43,782 bases of DNA from Eubacteriales bacterium (GCA_045653185.1 JAZOLQ010000038.1:1-43782), one strand, 5' to 3'; shown: positions 1 through 9,591, counted from the stretch's first letter. Notes: generated by a model from the letters alone, not told the origin. Program-made: numbers and translations.

Positions 1-1829
1 GTAAGATCCCTGCGAACGTTCAGGCGGTCGTTGGAGATAGCTATGACAAATATATAGGCTGTCCTTACGTTGATATTCCCGACCCTTGGGGATGTCACGA
101 GAACTACGCTAAGCACTTTGAGGAGGAATTCCTCAAGGGAATAGAGCCCTTCGGTATTGAGCTTGACTGTCGTTATCAGGCAGACATGTACCGTTCGGGA
201 AAATATACTAAGGACATTATAGAGTCTCTTCAGAAAAGAGGAGAGATATTCGAGATACTCGATTCCTTCAAGACTAAGGATACAAGCAAATCCGAGGAGG
301 AGCTTAAGGCAGAGCACGATAAGGAGAAGGAAAGCTATTATCCCGTGAGCATATTCTGCCCCGAGTGTAAGACCGACTTCACGACGATAACCTCTATAAA
401 TGATGATTGCACCGAGGCTGAATATGTTTGCCGCTGCGGTCACAAGGGTCACTTCAACTTCCTTGAGAACTTCAACTGTAAGCTTGGTTGGAAGGTTGAC
501 TGGGCTATGCGTTGGAGATACGAGCAGGTCGATTTTGAGCCGGGCGGAAAGGATCACGCAGCACCCACAGGCTCGTATAACAACTCTAAGATAATATCCA
601 AAAAGATATTCGGTCACGAAGCCCCCTTGTTCCAGGGATATGAATTTATCGGTATTAAGGGTATGACCGGCAAGATGTCAAGCTCTTCGGGACTTAATCT
701 TACGCCCGAAACGCTCCTCAAGATATATCAGCCCGAGGTACTTCTCTGGCTTTATGCCAAGACAGAGCCTACAAAGGCGTTCGATATATGCTTTGACGAC
801 GGAATACTCAGACAGTATTTTGAGTTTGACAAGATGCTCACCGAGGTTCGCGAGGGTAAGGCGAATGAGTTCACTCAGTCGGTAATGTATAATGCTGAGG
901 TGAAGGGAAGAACGATAGAAACAGTTCCGATGGGACTTATCGTTCAGCTTGGTTCGGTAGTTAACTTCAACGTTCCCATGCTTGAAACTGTATTTGAGAA
1001 GATAGGAACTCCTTATAAATACGAGCAGTTTGCCGACAGACTTGAGAGAGCTAAATTCTGGCTTGAGCAGTGCGCTCCCGAAAACGTCAACAGACTCCGC
1101 AAGGGACGCAACTGGGAGATATACTCCGCGATGGATGAGAACGAGAAGAAGGAAATAGAACTTCTTCACAGCTTCCTTTCGGGAGACGGATATACTCTTG
1201 ATGAGCTTAACGCAGAGCTTTACGCTATTCCCAAGCGTGTTTACGGCGAAGGCTTTTCCGATAAAGAGCTGAAGGGAATTCAGGGAACTTTCTTTAAGAA
1301 CGCTTACAAGCTTCTTATAGACCGCGACAAAGGTCCGAGACTTTACCTCTTCCTTTACGCGATAAACAAGGAGGACTATATAGGACTGCTCGACTTCTCA
1401 TATCCCGCTACCGAGGCAGAGCTTGCCCCCGAGGAGGAGACCCTTGAGGAAGTGGTAGAGGAGAGAGTTTACGGTGATCCCGACCCCGTAGAGCCTGTTA
1501 AGGAGGAGATAGATATAGATATCTTCTCGAAGATAGACCTCAGAGTATGTAAGATAGAAAAAGCGGCAGAGATAAGAAAATCTCACAGCTGTCTTAAGCT
1601 TACACTCAACGACGGTATTGGACAAAGAGTTATCGTTTCCAGCATCAAGGGCGAATATAAGCCCGAAGAGCTTGTCGGAAAGAAGATAATAGTCGTTGCT
1701 AACCTCAAGCCTGCTCGTTTTGCGGGTGTTACGAGTAATGGAATGCTTCTTGCGGGTACAAATAATGCCTGCGGCTGTAAGGTCATATTTGTTGATGATA
1801 TGATACCTGAGGGAACACAAATAAAATAA
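1..1829 (+). CDS. lysK: Class I lysyl-tRNA synthetase (N-terminus cut by window edge) fused to a C-terminal OB-fold tRNA-binding (Trbp111/EMAP-like) domain
   Basis: Frame 3 is open from nt 3 (KIPANVQAVVGDSYDKYIGCPYVDIPDPWGCHENYAKHFEEEF...), so the ORF-track Met at 186 is internal. Class I LysRS hallmarks are present: GGKDHAAPTGSY, the KMSKS-type loop GKMSSSSG and the Cys knuckle CPECK...CRCGH. An acidic linker is followed by IDLRVCKIEKAAEI...LKLTLNDG...VVANLKPARFAGVTSNGMLLAG, which resembles the tRNA_bind domain at MetRS C-termini. Stop TAA at 1827-1829. Confidence 0.8.
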   Translation, partial: KIPANVQAVVGDSYDKYIGCPYVDIPDPWGCHENYAKHFEEEFLKGIEPFGIELDCRYQADMYRSGKYTKDIIESLQKRGEIFEILDSFKTKDTSKSEEELKAEHDKEKESYYPVSIFCPECKTDFTTITSINDDCTEAEYVCRCGHKGHFNFLENFNCKLGWKVDWAMRWRYEQVDFEPGGKDHAAPTGSYNNSKIISKKIFGHEAPLFQGYEFIGIKGMTGKMSSSSGLNLTPETLLKIYQPEVLLWLYAKTEPTKAFDICFDDGILRQYFEFDKMLTEVREGKANEFTQSVMYNAEVKGRTIETVPMGLIVQLGSVVNFNVPMLETVFEKIGTPYKYEQFADRLERAKFWLEQCAPENVNRLRKGRNWEIYSAMDENEKKEIELLHSFLSGDGYTLDELNAELYAIPKRVYGEGFSDKELKGIQGTFFKNAYKLLIDRDKGPRLYLFLYAINKEDYIGLLDFSYPATEAELAPEEETLEEVVEERVYGDPDPVEPVKEEIDIDIFSKIDLRVCKIEKAAEIRKSHSCLKLTLNDGIGQRVIVSSIKGEYKPEELVGKKIIVVANLKPARFAGVTSNGMLLAGTNNACGCKVIFVDDMIPEGTQIK

Positions 1830-2087
1830 GGTGATGTCATATTTGGCAAGACTGAAAAAGTCCGAAAAAAGAGAAAAAATATCTCAAAGAAAGACTAAAT
1901 TATAAGTAAAACAATAATAGGTTGAATTTCTGCGAAATTCTTCGTTTTAATGGACTTTTCCTAGCGCCGTTTCGGAGGCTCGACGTACCTTTGTACGCCT
2001 CACGCCACCGAAGCGGCGCTTCTTGCTCAAATCTGCCTATCCCCTAGACAGATAGATGGTGATGTCATATTTGGCAAGACCGAAAAA
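1830..2087 (+). repeat. 30-bp direct repeat pair (1830-1859 and 2058-2087, 29/30 identical) bracketing a 198-bp non-coding insert
   Basis: GGTGATGTCATATTTGGCAAGAC[T/C]GAAAAA occurs right after the lysK stop and again 228 bp later, just before the terminator. No ORF lies in between. Confidence 0.85.
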
Positions 2088-2094
2088 ACGAAAC

Positions 2095-2141
2095 AAAAAG
2101 AGGCTGTCTCAAACGTAAATTTGAGACAGCCTCTTTCTTTA
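2095..2141. terminator. Bidirectional rho-independent terminator between convergent lysK and the ABC exporter
   Basis: GAGGCTGTCTCAAA (2100-2113) pairs perfectly with TTTGAGACAGCCTC (2120-2133) around a 6-nt loop. A T-run follows on the + strand (2134-2141) and an A-run precedes it (2095-2099). Confidence 0.85.
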
Positions 2142-2166
2142 TTGAATTAAAGGAAAATAAAATCAC

Positions 2167-4113
2167 TTATTCAAGCTCGAAAGCTCCCGTATAGAGCTGA
2201 TAATATTTGCCCTTTTGAGCGATTAGCGCGTCGTGGCTTCCGCGCTCGATTATAACTCCGCCCTCAAGAACCATTATAACGTCGGAATTTCTTACTGTTG
2301 AAAGTCTGTGCGCTATAACGAAGACGGTTCTGCCCTTCATAAGAGCGTCCATTCCGCTCTGAACGATGGCTTCTGTTCTTGTGTCTATCGAGGAGGTCGC
2401 CTCGTCAAGTATCATAACGGGCGGGTCTGCCACAGCGGCGCGAGCTATCGAGATAAGCTGGCGCTGACCTTGGGAAAGGTTAGCTCCGTTGGAGGTGAGC
2501 ATAGTGTTGTAGCCCTCGGGAAGTCTTGTGATAAAGTCGTGCGCGTTTGCAAGCTTTGCGGCATTTATACACTCTTCATCGGTGGCGACAAGCTTTCCGT
2601 ATCGGATGTTCTCCATAACGCTTCCAGTGAAGAGATTTGTATCCTGCAAAACTATTCCGAGCGAGCGGCGAAGGTCCGCTTTCTTTATCTTGTTGATATT
2701 TATGCCGTCATAACGTATTTTGCCGTCGTCAATATCGTAAAATCTATTTATAAGATTTGTTATAGTGGTCTTGCCCGCGCCCGTAGCTCCTACAAAGGCT
2801 ACCTTCTGACCCGGCTCTGCATACAGCGTGATGTCGTGAAGGACTAATTTTTCGGGGGTGTATCCGAAATCCATGTGCTCGATGCGAACGTCTCCGCAAA
2901 GCTTTGTGTAGGTAATGCTTCCGTCAGCAGAGTGAGGATGCTTCCAAGCCCACATTCCTGTTCTTTCAGCACATTCGACTATCTTTCCGCCTACCTCTTT
3001 CGCGTTGACAAGAGTAACGTATCCCTCGTCGGTCTCAGGAGCTTGGTCCATAAGCTCAAACACACGTCCCGCGCCCGCAGACGCCATAACTATCGAGTTA
3101 AGGAGCTGAGAAAGCTGGCTTACGTTGTTTGTGAACTGTCTTGCCATATTGAGAAAAGGAATTACAACTGCGACACCGATAACGGTATTTCCTGTTATAA
3201 GTGTTGAGATAGATACGTTCGGAACGTTACCAATAAGGATAAGCGCTCCGCCTACGAATGCGATAAGGACGTAAAGGATATTTCCTATATTGCCCATTAT
3301 AGGCATCAGAATGTTTGCAAATCTGTGAGCCGAGGTGGCGTCCTTGCAAAGCTGTTCGTTGACAGCATCAAAATCGCGTCCGCTTTGCTTTTCGTGGCAG
3401 AAGACCTTGATGACCTTCTGTCCGTTCATCATTTCCTCAATAAATCCTTCGGTCTTACCTATCGACTTCTGCTGCTTCATAAAGTATTTTGCGCTGTTTC
3501 CGCCGACCTTTTTGGTTACGATGACCATTGCGATAACGCCGACGAGTATTACGAGAGCGAGCCATACGCTGAGATAGAGCATATTGAAGACGAGTATTGA
3601 GATTATAAGCGACGAGGTTATGATTTGAGGAATACAGCGAGAGATAAGCTCTCTGAGCGTGTCGATATCGTTTGTGTAATACGACATAATATCGCCGTGA
3701 TGTGTTGAATCGAAGTAACGGAGAGGGAGAGACTGCATTCCTTCAAACATACGCTGACGCGTTTTGTTGAGAAAGCCCTGCGTTATTATAGCCATGATAC
3801 GAGTGTAGAGGAAGGAGGCTATAATTCCTATTACGTAAATCAAAGCCATAATAGCTATAAGCGTCAGAATATCCTTACTTACCGCGCTCCAACCAAGCTC
3901 TACTCCACGCTCAATGTGTGTTATAAGCGTGCTCATAAAGATACTCGATACCGACGAGCCGATAGCGGTGAGGACAATACATATCATAACTATGATAAGC
4001 TTGGGACGGTAATCGGCAAAGAGCATTTTGAAAACCCTTGATATAACTCCTTTTTTCATCGGAGGGCGTCCGCCTTTTTTCATTTTAGTCTGCTTATTAG
4101 TCATTTTCGCCAC
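2167..4113 (-). CDS. ABC exporter permease/ATPase subunit (consensus-ATPase half of a heterodimer)
   Basis: 648 aa: an N-terminal multi-TM domain plus an NBD. The NBD has Walker A GATGAGKTT, Walker B VMILDEATS and H-loop AHRLST, but a non-canonical signature LSQGQ. It overlaps the upstream partner gene by 17 nt. Confidence 0.85.
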   Translation of the reverse strand: MAKMTNKQTKMKKGGRPPMKKGVISRVFKMLFADYRPKLIIVMICIVLTAIGSSVSSIFMSTLITHIERGVELGWSAVSKDILTLIAIMALIYVIGIIASFLYTRIMAIITQGFLNKTRQRMFEGMQSLPLRYFDSTHHGDIMSYYTNDIDTLRELISRCIPQIITSSLIISILVFNMLYLSVWLALVILVGVIAMVIVTKKVGGNSAKYFMKQQKSIGKTEGFIEEMMNGQKVIKVFCHEKQSGRDFDAVNEQLCKDATSAHRFANILMPIMGNIGNILYVLIAFVGGALILIGNVPNVSISTLITGNTVIGVAVVIPFLNMARQFTNNVSQLSQLLNSIVMASAGAGRVFELMDQAPETDEGYVTLVNAKEVGGKIVECAERTGMWAWKHPHSADGSITYTKLCGDVRIEHMDFGYTPEKLVLHDITLYAEPGQKVAFVGATGAGKTTITNLINRFYDIDDGKIRYDGININKIKKADLRRSLGIVLQDTNLFTGSVMENIRYGKLVATDEECINAAKLANAHDFITRLPEGYNTMLTSNGANLSQGQRQLISIARAAVADPPVMILDEATSSIDTRTEAIVQSGMDALMKGRTVFVIAHRLSTVRNSDVIMVLEGGVIIERGSHDALIAQKGKYYQLYTGAFELE

Positions 4114-5839
4114 CTCCCTTTACCTGTGATTCGTAGACTTCACGGTAAATGGGGCTTATCTTCATAAGCTCGTCGTGATTACCTATCGATTCTATGCTTC
4201 CGTTTTCCATAACGATTATTTTGTCGGCGTGCTGTACCGAGGATATTCTTTGCGCTATGATTATCTTTGTCGTGCCGGGGATCTCCTCTGCAAAGGCGCG
4301 GCGTATAAGAGCGTCGGTCTTTGTGTCAACAGCGCTTGTAGAGTCATCGAGAATAAGTATCTTGGGTTTTTTGAGAAGCGCGCGGGCAATACAAAGACGC
4401 TGCTTTTGACCGCCCGATACGTTTGTTCCGCCCTGCTCGATATAGGTGTCGTATTTATCGGGGAATTTTTGGATAAATTCGTCAGCGTGAGCGAGCTTGC
4501 AGATACGCTCCATCTCCTCGTCAGAGGCATTCGGGTCTCCCCAGCGGAGGTTGTCCTTTATAGTTCCTGAGAAAAGGAGGTTCTTTTGCAGAACAACGGC
4601 AACGTTGTTTCGCAAAGCTTCGAGATCATATTGCTTAACGTCAACTCCGCCAACCGTGAGTGAGCCTTCGGTGACGTCGTAAAGTCTGGGTATAAGCTGT
4701 ATAAGCGAGGTCTTACTGCTTCCTGTTCCGCCGATTATGCCTACCGTCTCGCCCGAGGCGATAGAGACGTTTATGTTGGAAAGCGCGAACCTTTCAGCAC
4801 CCTCGGAGTATTTGAAGCTTACGTTTTTAAATACGATGCTTCCGTCAGCTACCTCGCTGACCGCATTCTCGGGGCTTGATATCGAGGTCTTTTCTGTAAG
4901 CACCTCTGAGATACGTTTTGCCGATGCTATCGACATAGCTATCATAACGATTATCATAGAGAGCATCATAAGGCTCATAAGTATCTGCACACCGTAGGTT
5001 ATAAGCGCGGCAAGCTCACCTACCTGAAGCTCGGACTCCTTAGTTGTTATTATAAAATAAGAGCCTATGAGCGAAACAGATACCATAAGCGCGTTCATAC
5101 AGAACTGCATAAGCGGATTGTTAAGGGCGAGTATTTTTTCAGCCTTTGTGAAGTCAGCGCAGACATCGTCAGAGGCTTTTTTGAATTTGTCGGTCTCATA
5201 CTTCTCGCGAACAAAAGCCTTGACAACTCTCATCGCTCCAACGTTTTCCTGAATAGAGTTGTTGAGCGCGTCGTATTTCTTGAATACGGCGTGGAAGATT
5301 CCCCAAGAATTTTTAACTATCAACGCAAGGCCGATAGCGAGGAAGGGAATTATTATAGCAAATGAAAGAGATACCGAAGGGCTTACGATAATAGCCATAG
5401 TGAGAGCAAATATTATCATCAGCGGCGCTCTGACGGCGGTGCGGATTATCATCATATACGACATCTGCACGTTCATAACGTCGGTGGTAAGACGTGTCAC
5501 AAGGCTTGAAGTTGAGAATTTATCTATATTGGTGAAAGAGAAATTCTGAATTGAGTAATACATATCGTGTCTCAGATTTTTGGCGAATCCGCAGGACGCA
5601 ATAGCGCAAAAATGCCCCGACAGAACGCCAAACATCAAAGATGTAAACGCCAAAACGACGAGTACAGCCCCATATTTAAAGAGTGTGGACATTTCACAGC
5701 CGATTTCGATATTGTTTACAAGCTTTGCTGTGACGAAGGGGATTATACATTCGACTACCACTTCGGCGGCAACAAAGAGCGGGGCGAGAATTGAGCTTAG
5801 TTTATATTCCCGAACGCTCTTCAAAAGTTGTTTGAGCAT
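4097..5839 (-). CDS. ABC exporter permease/ATPase subunit (degenerate-site half of a heterodimer)
   Basis: 580 aa: a TM domain plus an NBD. The NBD has Walker A GGTGSSKTS and a canonical signature VSGGQ. Walker B is ILILDDSTS (Asp where the catalytic Glu is expected) and IIAQRISS has Gln in place of the H-loop His. Confidence 0.85.
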   Translation of the reverse strand: MLKQLLKSVREYKLSSILAPLFVAAEVVVECIIPFVTAKLVNNIEIGCEMSTLFKYGAVLVVLAFTSLMFGVLSGHFCAIASCGFAKNLRHDMYYSIQNFSFTNIDKFSTSSLVTRLTTDVMNVQMSYMMIIRTAVRAPLMIIFALTMAIIVSPSVSLSFAIIIPFLAIGLALIVKNSWGIFHAVFKKYDALNNSIQENVGAMRVVKAFVREKYETDKFKKASDDVCADFTKAEKILALNNPLMQFCMNALMVSVSLIGSYFIITTKESELQVGELAALITYGVQILMSLMMLSMIIVMIAMSIASAKRISEVLTEKTSISSPENAVSEVADGSIVFKNVSFKYSEGAERFALSNINVSIASGETVGIIGGTGSSKTSLIQLIPRLYDVTEGSLTVGGVDVKQYDLEALRNNVAVVLQKNLLFSGTIKDNLRWGDPNASDEEMERICKLAHADEFIQKFPDKYDTYIEQGGTNVSGGQKQRLCIARALLKKPKILILDDSTSAVDTKTDALIRRAFAEEIPGTTKIIIAQRISSVQHADKIIVMENGSIESIGNHDELMKISPIYREVYESQVKGGGEND

Positions 5840-5954
5840 AAGTTTCCTCCATAAGATAAAACATCATATTTTACTATTATACAACAAATGAATTAAATAT
5901 TAAAGGGGGGATTTGTAAACAATATTTGAATGGAAGAAAAAGGCTAAAAAATAA

Positions 5955-6347
5955 CTAAATCTTATCGTTTTTTTGCATCATATTGGTCGCAAGACACCAT
6001 TTTTGTGTATCAGCGAAAGAGAGAAGAGGTTCGTTTTTTGTTCGGTAGAAGGTGACCGAAAGCAATATGCTTGCGCTCTCTTTGGAAATCTCGGAGACCT
6101 GCGCGCAAAAATTATATGTGTATCTTTGCTGAAAAAGGTCTTTTTCTCCTTTTTTCTCACCTTTGAAAATTTCGCAAATCTCGGGAAATTTACTTTGCTC
6201 GCAAAAAAGCTCGCATTGCTTTGCAAGTCCCTCGTAAAATTCGGTTATTTCGGTATTTTCATCGAAAGAGGGATACTTTGCGGAAAATCTCAATAATTCG
6301 TTCCCCTCAAAAATAAAACGGCGGCAGTGTTGTCTATACGTATACAT
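5955..6347 (-). CDS. Hypothetical protein (130 aa)
   Basis: ATG at 6347 is preceded by AAGGAG 8 nt upstream. The gene sits 65 nt downstream of the recG stop. No motif was recognised. Confidence 0.55.
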   Translation of the reverse strand: MYTYRQHCRRFIFEGNELLRFSAKYPSFDENTEITEFYEGLAKQCELFCEQSKFPEICEIFKGEKKGEKDLFQQRYTYNFCAQVSEISKESASILLSVTFYRTKNEPLLSFADTQKWCLATNMMQKNDKI

Positions 6348-6412
6348 TGCGCTATCTCCTTAAAAATAGTTTCACAATATATCATATAGCGTACGCTGCC
6401 GCCGTATTCGCG

Positions 6413-8542
6413 TCAGTTCATCACCGAAGCGTCAAGAGTAAACATATCGTTTATTTTTTTGAGAAGTAAAGGATGCTCCGAGAGCTTTTTACTTGAGATG
6501 AGTTTTTCTGCCTCGCTAAAGGCAGTCTTAAGAAGTCCCGTATCATCACAAAGCTGAGCTAGCTTGAATTTTACTCCGCCGCTCTGTCGTATATCCTGAG
6601 AGTCGTTTCCGTGAAGGAAGTCGCCGGGTCCTCTCATTTCAAGGTCTCGCTCGGCTATCGCATATCCGTCGTAGGTCGTTTTCATTGTGCCGAGGCGCAT
6701 ATAAGCGTTTCCTTCGGATGCCTCGGAGACGAGAATGCAGAAGGATTTTCTCTTTCCACGTCCGACTCGCCCGCGAAGCTGGTGAAGCTGAGAAAGACCG
6801 AATCGCTCTGCGTTTTCAACTATCATAAGCGAAGCGTTCGGAACGTTGACACCGACCTCTATTACTGTTGTTGAAACGAGGATATCGGTATCTCCGTCGG
6901 CAAATCGCTTCATGACTGCTTCCTTTTCGGCGGACCTCATTTTTCCGTGGATATATTCAACACGGAGAGATGAAAATATCTTTGATATCTGCTCCGAAAA
7001 TTCCACTGCGGTCTTGAGTGGTGGCAAACGCTTTACGTCTCCATTTTCGTCGATATCCTGAATGTCGATGTCGCCCTCCTTCTCCTCGCCTTCTTCGACG
7101 GCGGGGCAAACGATATATACCTGCCCGCCCTCCTTTATCTGCTTGAATATAAAGGCGTTAAGTCTATCGCGGTAGCTTTCGTTTACGACGAAGGTATCTA
7201 CCTTTTGTCTGCCTGGGGGCATCTCGTCGATAAGAGAGAGATCGAGGTCTCCGTAAAGAGCAAGAGCCATCGAACGAGGGATAGGAGTGGCGCTCATTAC
7301 GAGAACGTGTGCGTGAGAGCTCTTTTCCGAAAGGATAGCTCTCTGGTTAACACCGAATCTGTGCTGCTCGTCGGTCACGACAAGACCTAAGTCAAAGAAT
7401 TTAACTCCCTCGCTGAGAAGCGCTTGAGTTCCTATCACAACGTCTATTCGCAAAGAGGGGTCTTCAGACTGCAAGCCCTCGTATATCTTAAGCTTTTCCG
7501 ATTTCTTTATCGATGAGGTGAGGAGCTTGCAGCGTATGCCGAGCTTTGCGAAAAGCTCGCTCATATCGTTGTAGTGCTGGATGGCGAGTATTTCGGTAGG
7601 GACCATAAGTGCCGCTTGTAAGCGGTTTTTTACCGCAATATATATAGCCGCGGCGGCGCATATCGTTTTTCCGCAGCCCACGTCACCGACTATTATTCTG
7701 CTCATGGCGCTGCTCCTTGCCATATCGCGCTTAACGTCCTCGATGACTCTTGTCTGCGCGCCTGTGAGCTTGTAGGGAAGGAGCGACAAAAGCTCGCTTA
7801 TATCCTGACTTGGACATGGCGGAGCTGTCGCTTGCTCTCGCTTTACCTTTGTCAGAGAAAGTCCCAGAGCAAAGGTGAAAAATTCGTCGAATATAAGCCG
7901 CTTTTTTGCCGCCGCAAGAGCAACGTAGCTCTCGGGACGGTGAATGTTTTTAAGCGCGTAGGGAAGAGTGCACAGCGAGTTTGATATTCGTATGTCCTCG
8001 GGCAAAGGGTCTTCGAGCGTGTTGATATTTGCGCTTGAGAATACCGTGTTTACGTCTTTTGTTATCTGCTTTTGAGAAAGTCCTTCGGTTAGAGGGTATA
8101 TCGAGGTGAGCGGTGGGAGATAGGCGTCCTCGAAATACGGCTCGTAGCTCGGAGAAGACATAGAGTAATTCTTTGATTTTCTCTCCACCTTGCCAAAAAA
8201 TCTGAATTGAGTTCCCACGGAGAAGGTGTTTTTGAGAAAATTTTGATTGAAATAAATTATCTCGCAGACACCGCTCTCGTCAAAGGCCTTGAATTTGAGC
8301 AGGGAGAGTCTGCCCTTGAGAGTCGATATCTTCGGCTCTGTGCCCACGGTCAGAATGAGTGCGTTTTTTATATCAGGCTCTGTATCGCAGAGAAGCTTTA
8401 TATCCCCTCTGTTTTCATAGCGCTTCGGATAATGTGAAAGAAGGTCGCCGACGCTGTTTATGCCAAGCCTTGAATAAGCAGACGCGCGTGCAGGACCAAC
8501 GCCGTAAAGTGATTTTATGTCAGTGTTTTGATCAAGCGCCAT
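6413..8542 (-). CDS. recG: ATP-dependent DNA helicase RecG
   Basis: 709 aa with helicase motifs GDVGCGKT, DEQHRFG, SATPIPR and QLHQLRGRVGRG, plus an N-terminal wedge/OB region. Confidence 0.9.
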   Translation of the reverse strand: MALDQNTDIKSLYGVGPARASAYSRLGINSVGDLLSHYPKRYENRGDIKLLCDTEPDIKNALILTVGTEPKISTLKGRLSLLKFKAFDESGVCEIIYFNQNFLKNTFSVGTQFRFFGKVERKSKNYSMSSPSYEPYFEDAYLPPLTSIYPLTEGLSQKQITKDVNTVFSSANINTLEDPLPEDIRISNSLCTLPYALKNIHRPESYVALAAAKKRLIFDEFFTFALGLSLTKVKREQATAPPCPSQDISELLSLLPYKLTGAQTRVIEDVKRDMARSSAMSRIIVGDVGCGKTICAAAAIYIAVKNRLQAALMVPTEILAIQHYNDMSELFAKLGIRCKLLTSSIKKSEKLKIYEGLQSEDPSLRIDVVIGTQALLSEGVKFFDLGLVVTDEQHRFGVNQRAILSEKSSHAHVLVMSATPIPRSMALALYGDLDLSLIDEMPPGRQKVDTFVVNESYRDRLNAFIFKQIKEGGQVYIVCPAVEEGEEKEGDIDIQDIDENGDVKRLPPLKTAVEFSEQISKIFSSLRVEYIHGKMRSAEKEAVMKRFADGDTDILVSTTVIEVGVNVPNASLMIVENAERFGLSQLHQLRGRVGRGKRKSFCILVSEASEGNAYMRLGTMKTTYDGYAIAERDLEMRGPGDFLHGNDSQDIRQSGGVKFKLAQLCDDTGLLKTAFSEAEKLISSKKLSEHPLLLKKINDMFTLDASVMN

Positions 8543-8651
8543 AGTGACCTCCTCTTATTTTAGTGTTATAATAATTATACACTTTTTTTCCTTCCGTGTC
8601 AAATAAAAGAGAAAAATTATAAAATGTTTACAAAGTTGGGGCTTTTATCTA

Positions 8652-8680
8652 TTGACAAGAGAAAAGTATTGTTGTATAAT
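8652..8680 (+). promoter_or_regulatory. Sigma-A type promoter for the LRR lipoprotein gene
   Basis: TTGACA (8652-8657), a 17-nt spacer, then TATAAT (8675-8680). Both hexamers match consensus perfectly. Confidence 0.6.
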
Positions 8681-8712
8681 AAGATGTGAACACAAAACTT
8701 TGGAGGTTACTT

Positions 8713-9507
8713 ATGAAAAAGATTTTGGCTATTATGCTTGCTGTTGTTATGATGCTTGCTGTAGTTTCCTGTAATAAGAAGGATGACGATACAACGGCTG
8801 ATAACGGTGAAGCAGTTGTTGTAGAGGAAGAAATATATGCTACTGAAGGTGGCGACAAGTTCGAGTATGCGACCAACGAAGACGGAGACTATGATATAGT
8901 AAAATTTTCTACTACTAATATGACTCCTCATAAGGTGGAGATACCGTCCAGCATAAACGATATTGACGTTACAGGAATAGCAGACGGCGCGTTTAAGGCT
9001 AACAACCGTATAAGCGAGATCGTCATTCCCGATACTGTTGAGTACATCGGTGATTTTGTGTTTTTTGACTGTACAAATCTTGCAAAGGTTACTATGGGTA
9101 ACGCTGTTACAGAGATAGGTGTTGGTGCTTTCAGAGATTGTATAGCGCTTGCAGATATCAATCTTTCCAGCGAACTCAAAAAGGTAGAGGATTTCACATT
9201 CTGGGGCTGTGCTAAGCTTACAAAGGTAGTTATTCCCTCAAAGGTTACCGAGATCGGCGCTATGGCTTTTGCTGATTGCGTGCTTCTTAGCGATGTTACT
9301 GTTCCCGAGTCTGTAGAGACTATCGGAGATCTTGCTTTTGACGGCGACGATGCTCTTGTAAAAATAGCTCTTCCTGCAAGTGTTGAGAACATTGGTAAGG
9401 TAATATTTGGCGCAAAGAAGGCGGCTATCACGGTAGTAACTCCTGTAAACTCTGCGGCTTACAAATATGCAACAGAAAATGCTTATACCATCGAGCTCGC
9501 TAATTAA
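8713..9507 (+). CDS. Leucine-rich-repeat (BspA-type) lipoprotein
   Basis: ATG at 8713 lies 6 nt after GGAGG (8702-8706). The signal peptide MKKILAIMLAVVMMLAVVSC ends in a lipobox Cys. The body consists of repeated ~23-aa units of the form I.IP..V..IG..AF..C..L. The ORF-track start at 8686 is an upstream in-frame alternative codon. Confidence 0.75.
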   Translation: MKKILAIMLAVVMMLAVVSCNKKDDDTTADNGEAVVVEEEIYATEGGDKFEYATNEDGDYDIVKFSTTNMTPHKVEIPSSINDIDVTGIADGAFKANNRISEIVIPDTVEYIGDFVFFDCTNLAKVTMGNAVTEIGVGAFRDCIALADINLSSELKKVEDFTFWGCAKLTKVVIPSKVTEIGAMAFADCVLLSDVTVPESVETIGDLAFDGDDALVKIALPASVENIGKVIFGAKKAAITVVTPVNSAAYKYATENAYTIELAN

Positions 9508-9530
9508 TTTGCTTTAAAAACAAAAAATAT

Positions 9531-9582
9531 CACCGCATAGATATTGGTGTGTCAGCCAAACGTCTATGCGGTGCTTTTTTTG
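9531..9582. terminator. Bidirectional rho-independent terminator between convergent LRR gene and gatB
   Basis: CACCGCATAGA (9531-9541) pairs with TCTATGCGGTG (9563-9573). A T-run follows at 9575-9581 and an A-rich run precedes it. Confidence 0.8.
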
Positions 9583-9591
9583 TTTAAAAAA

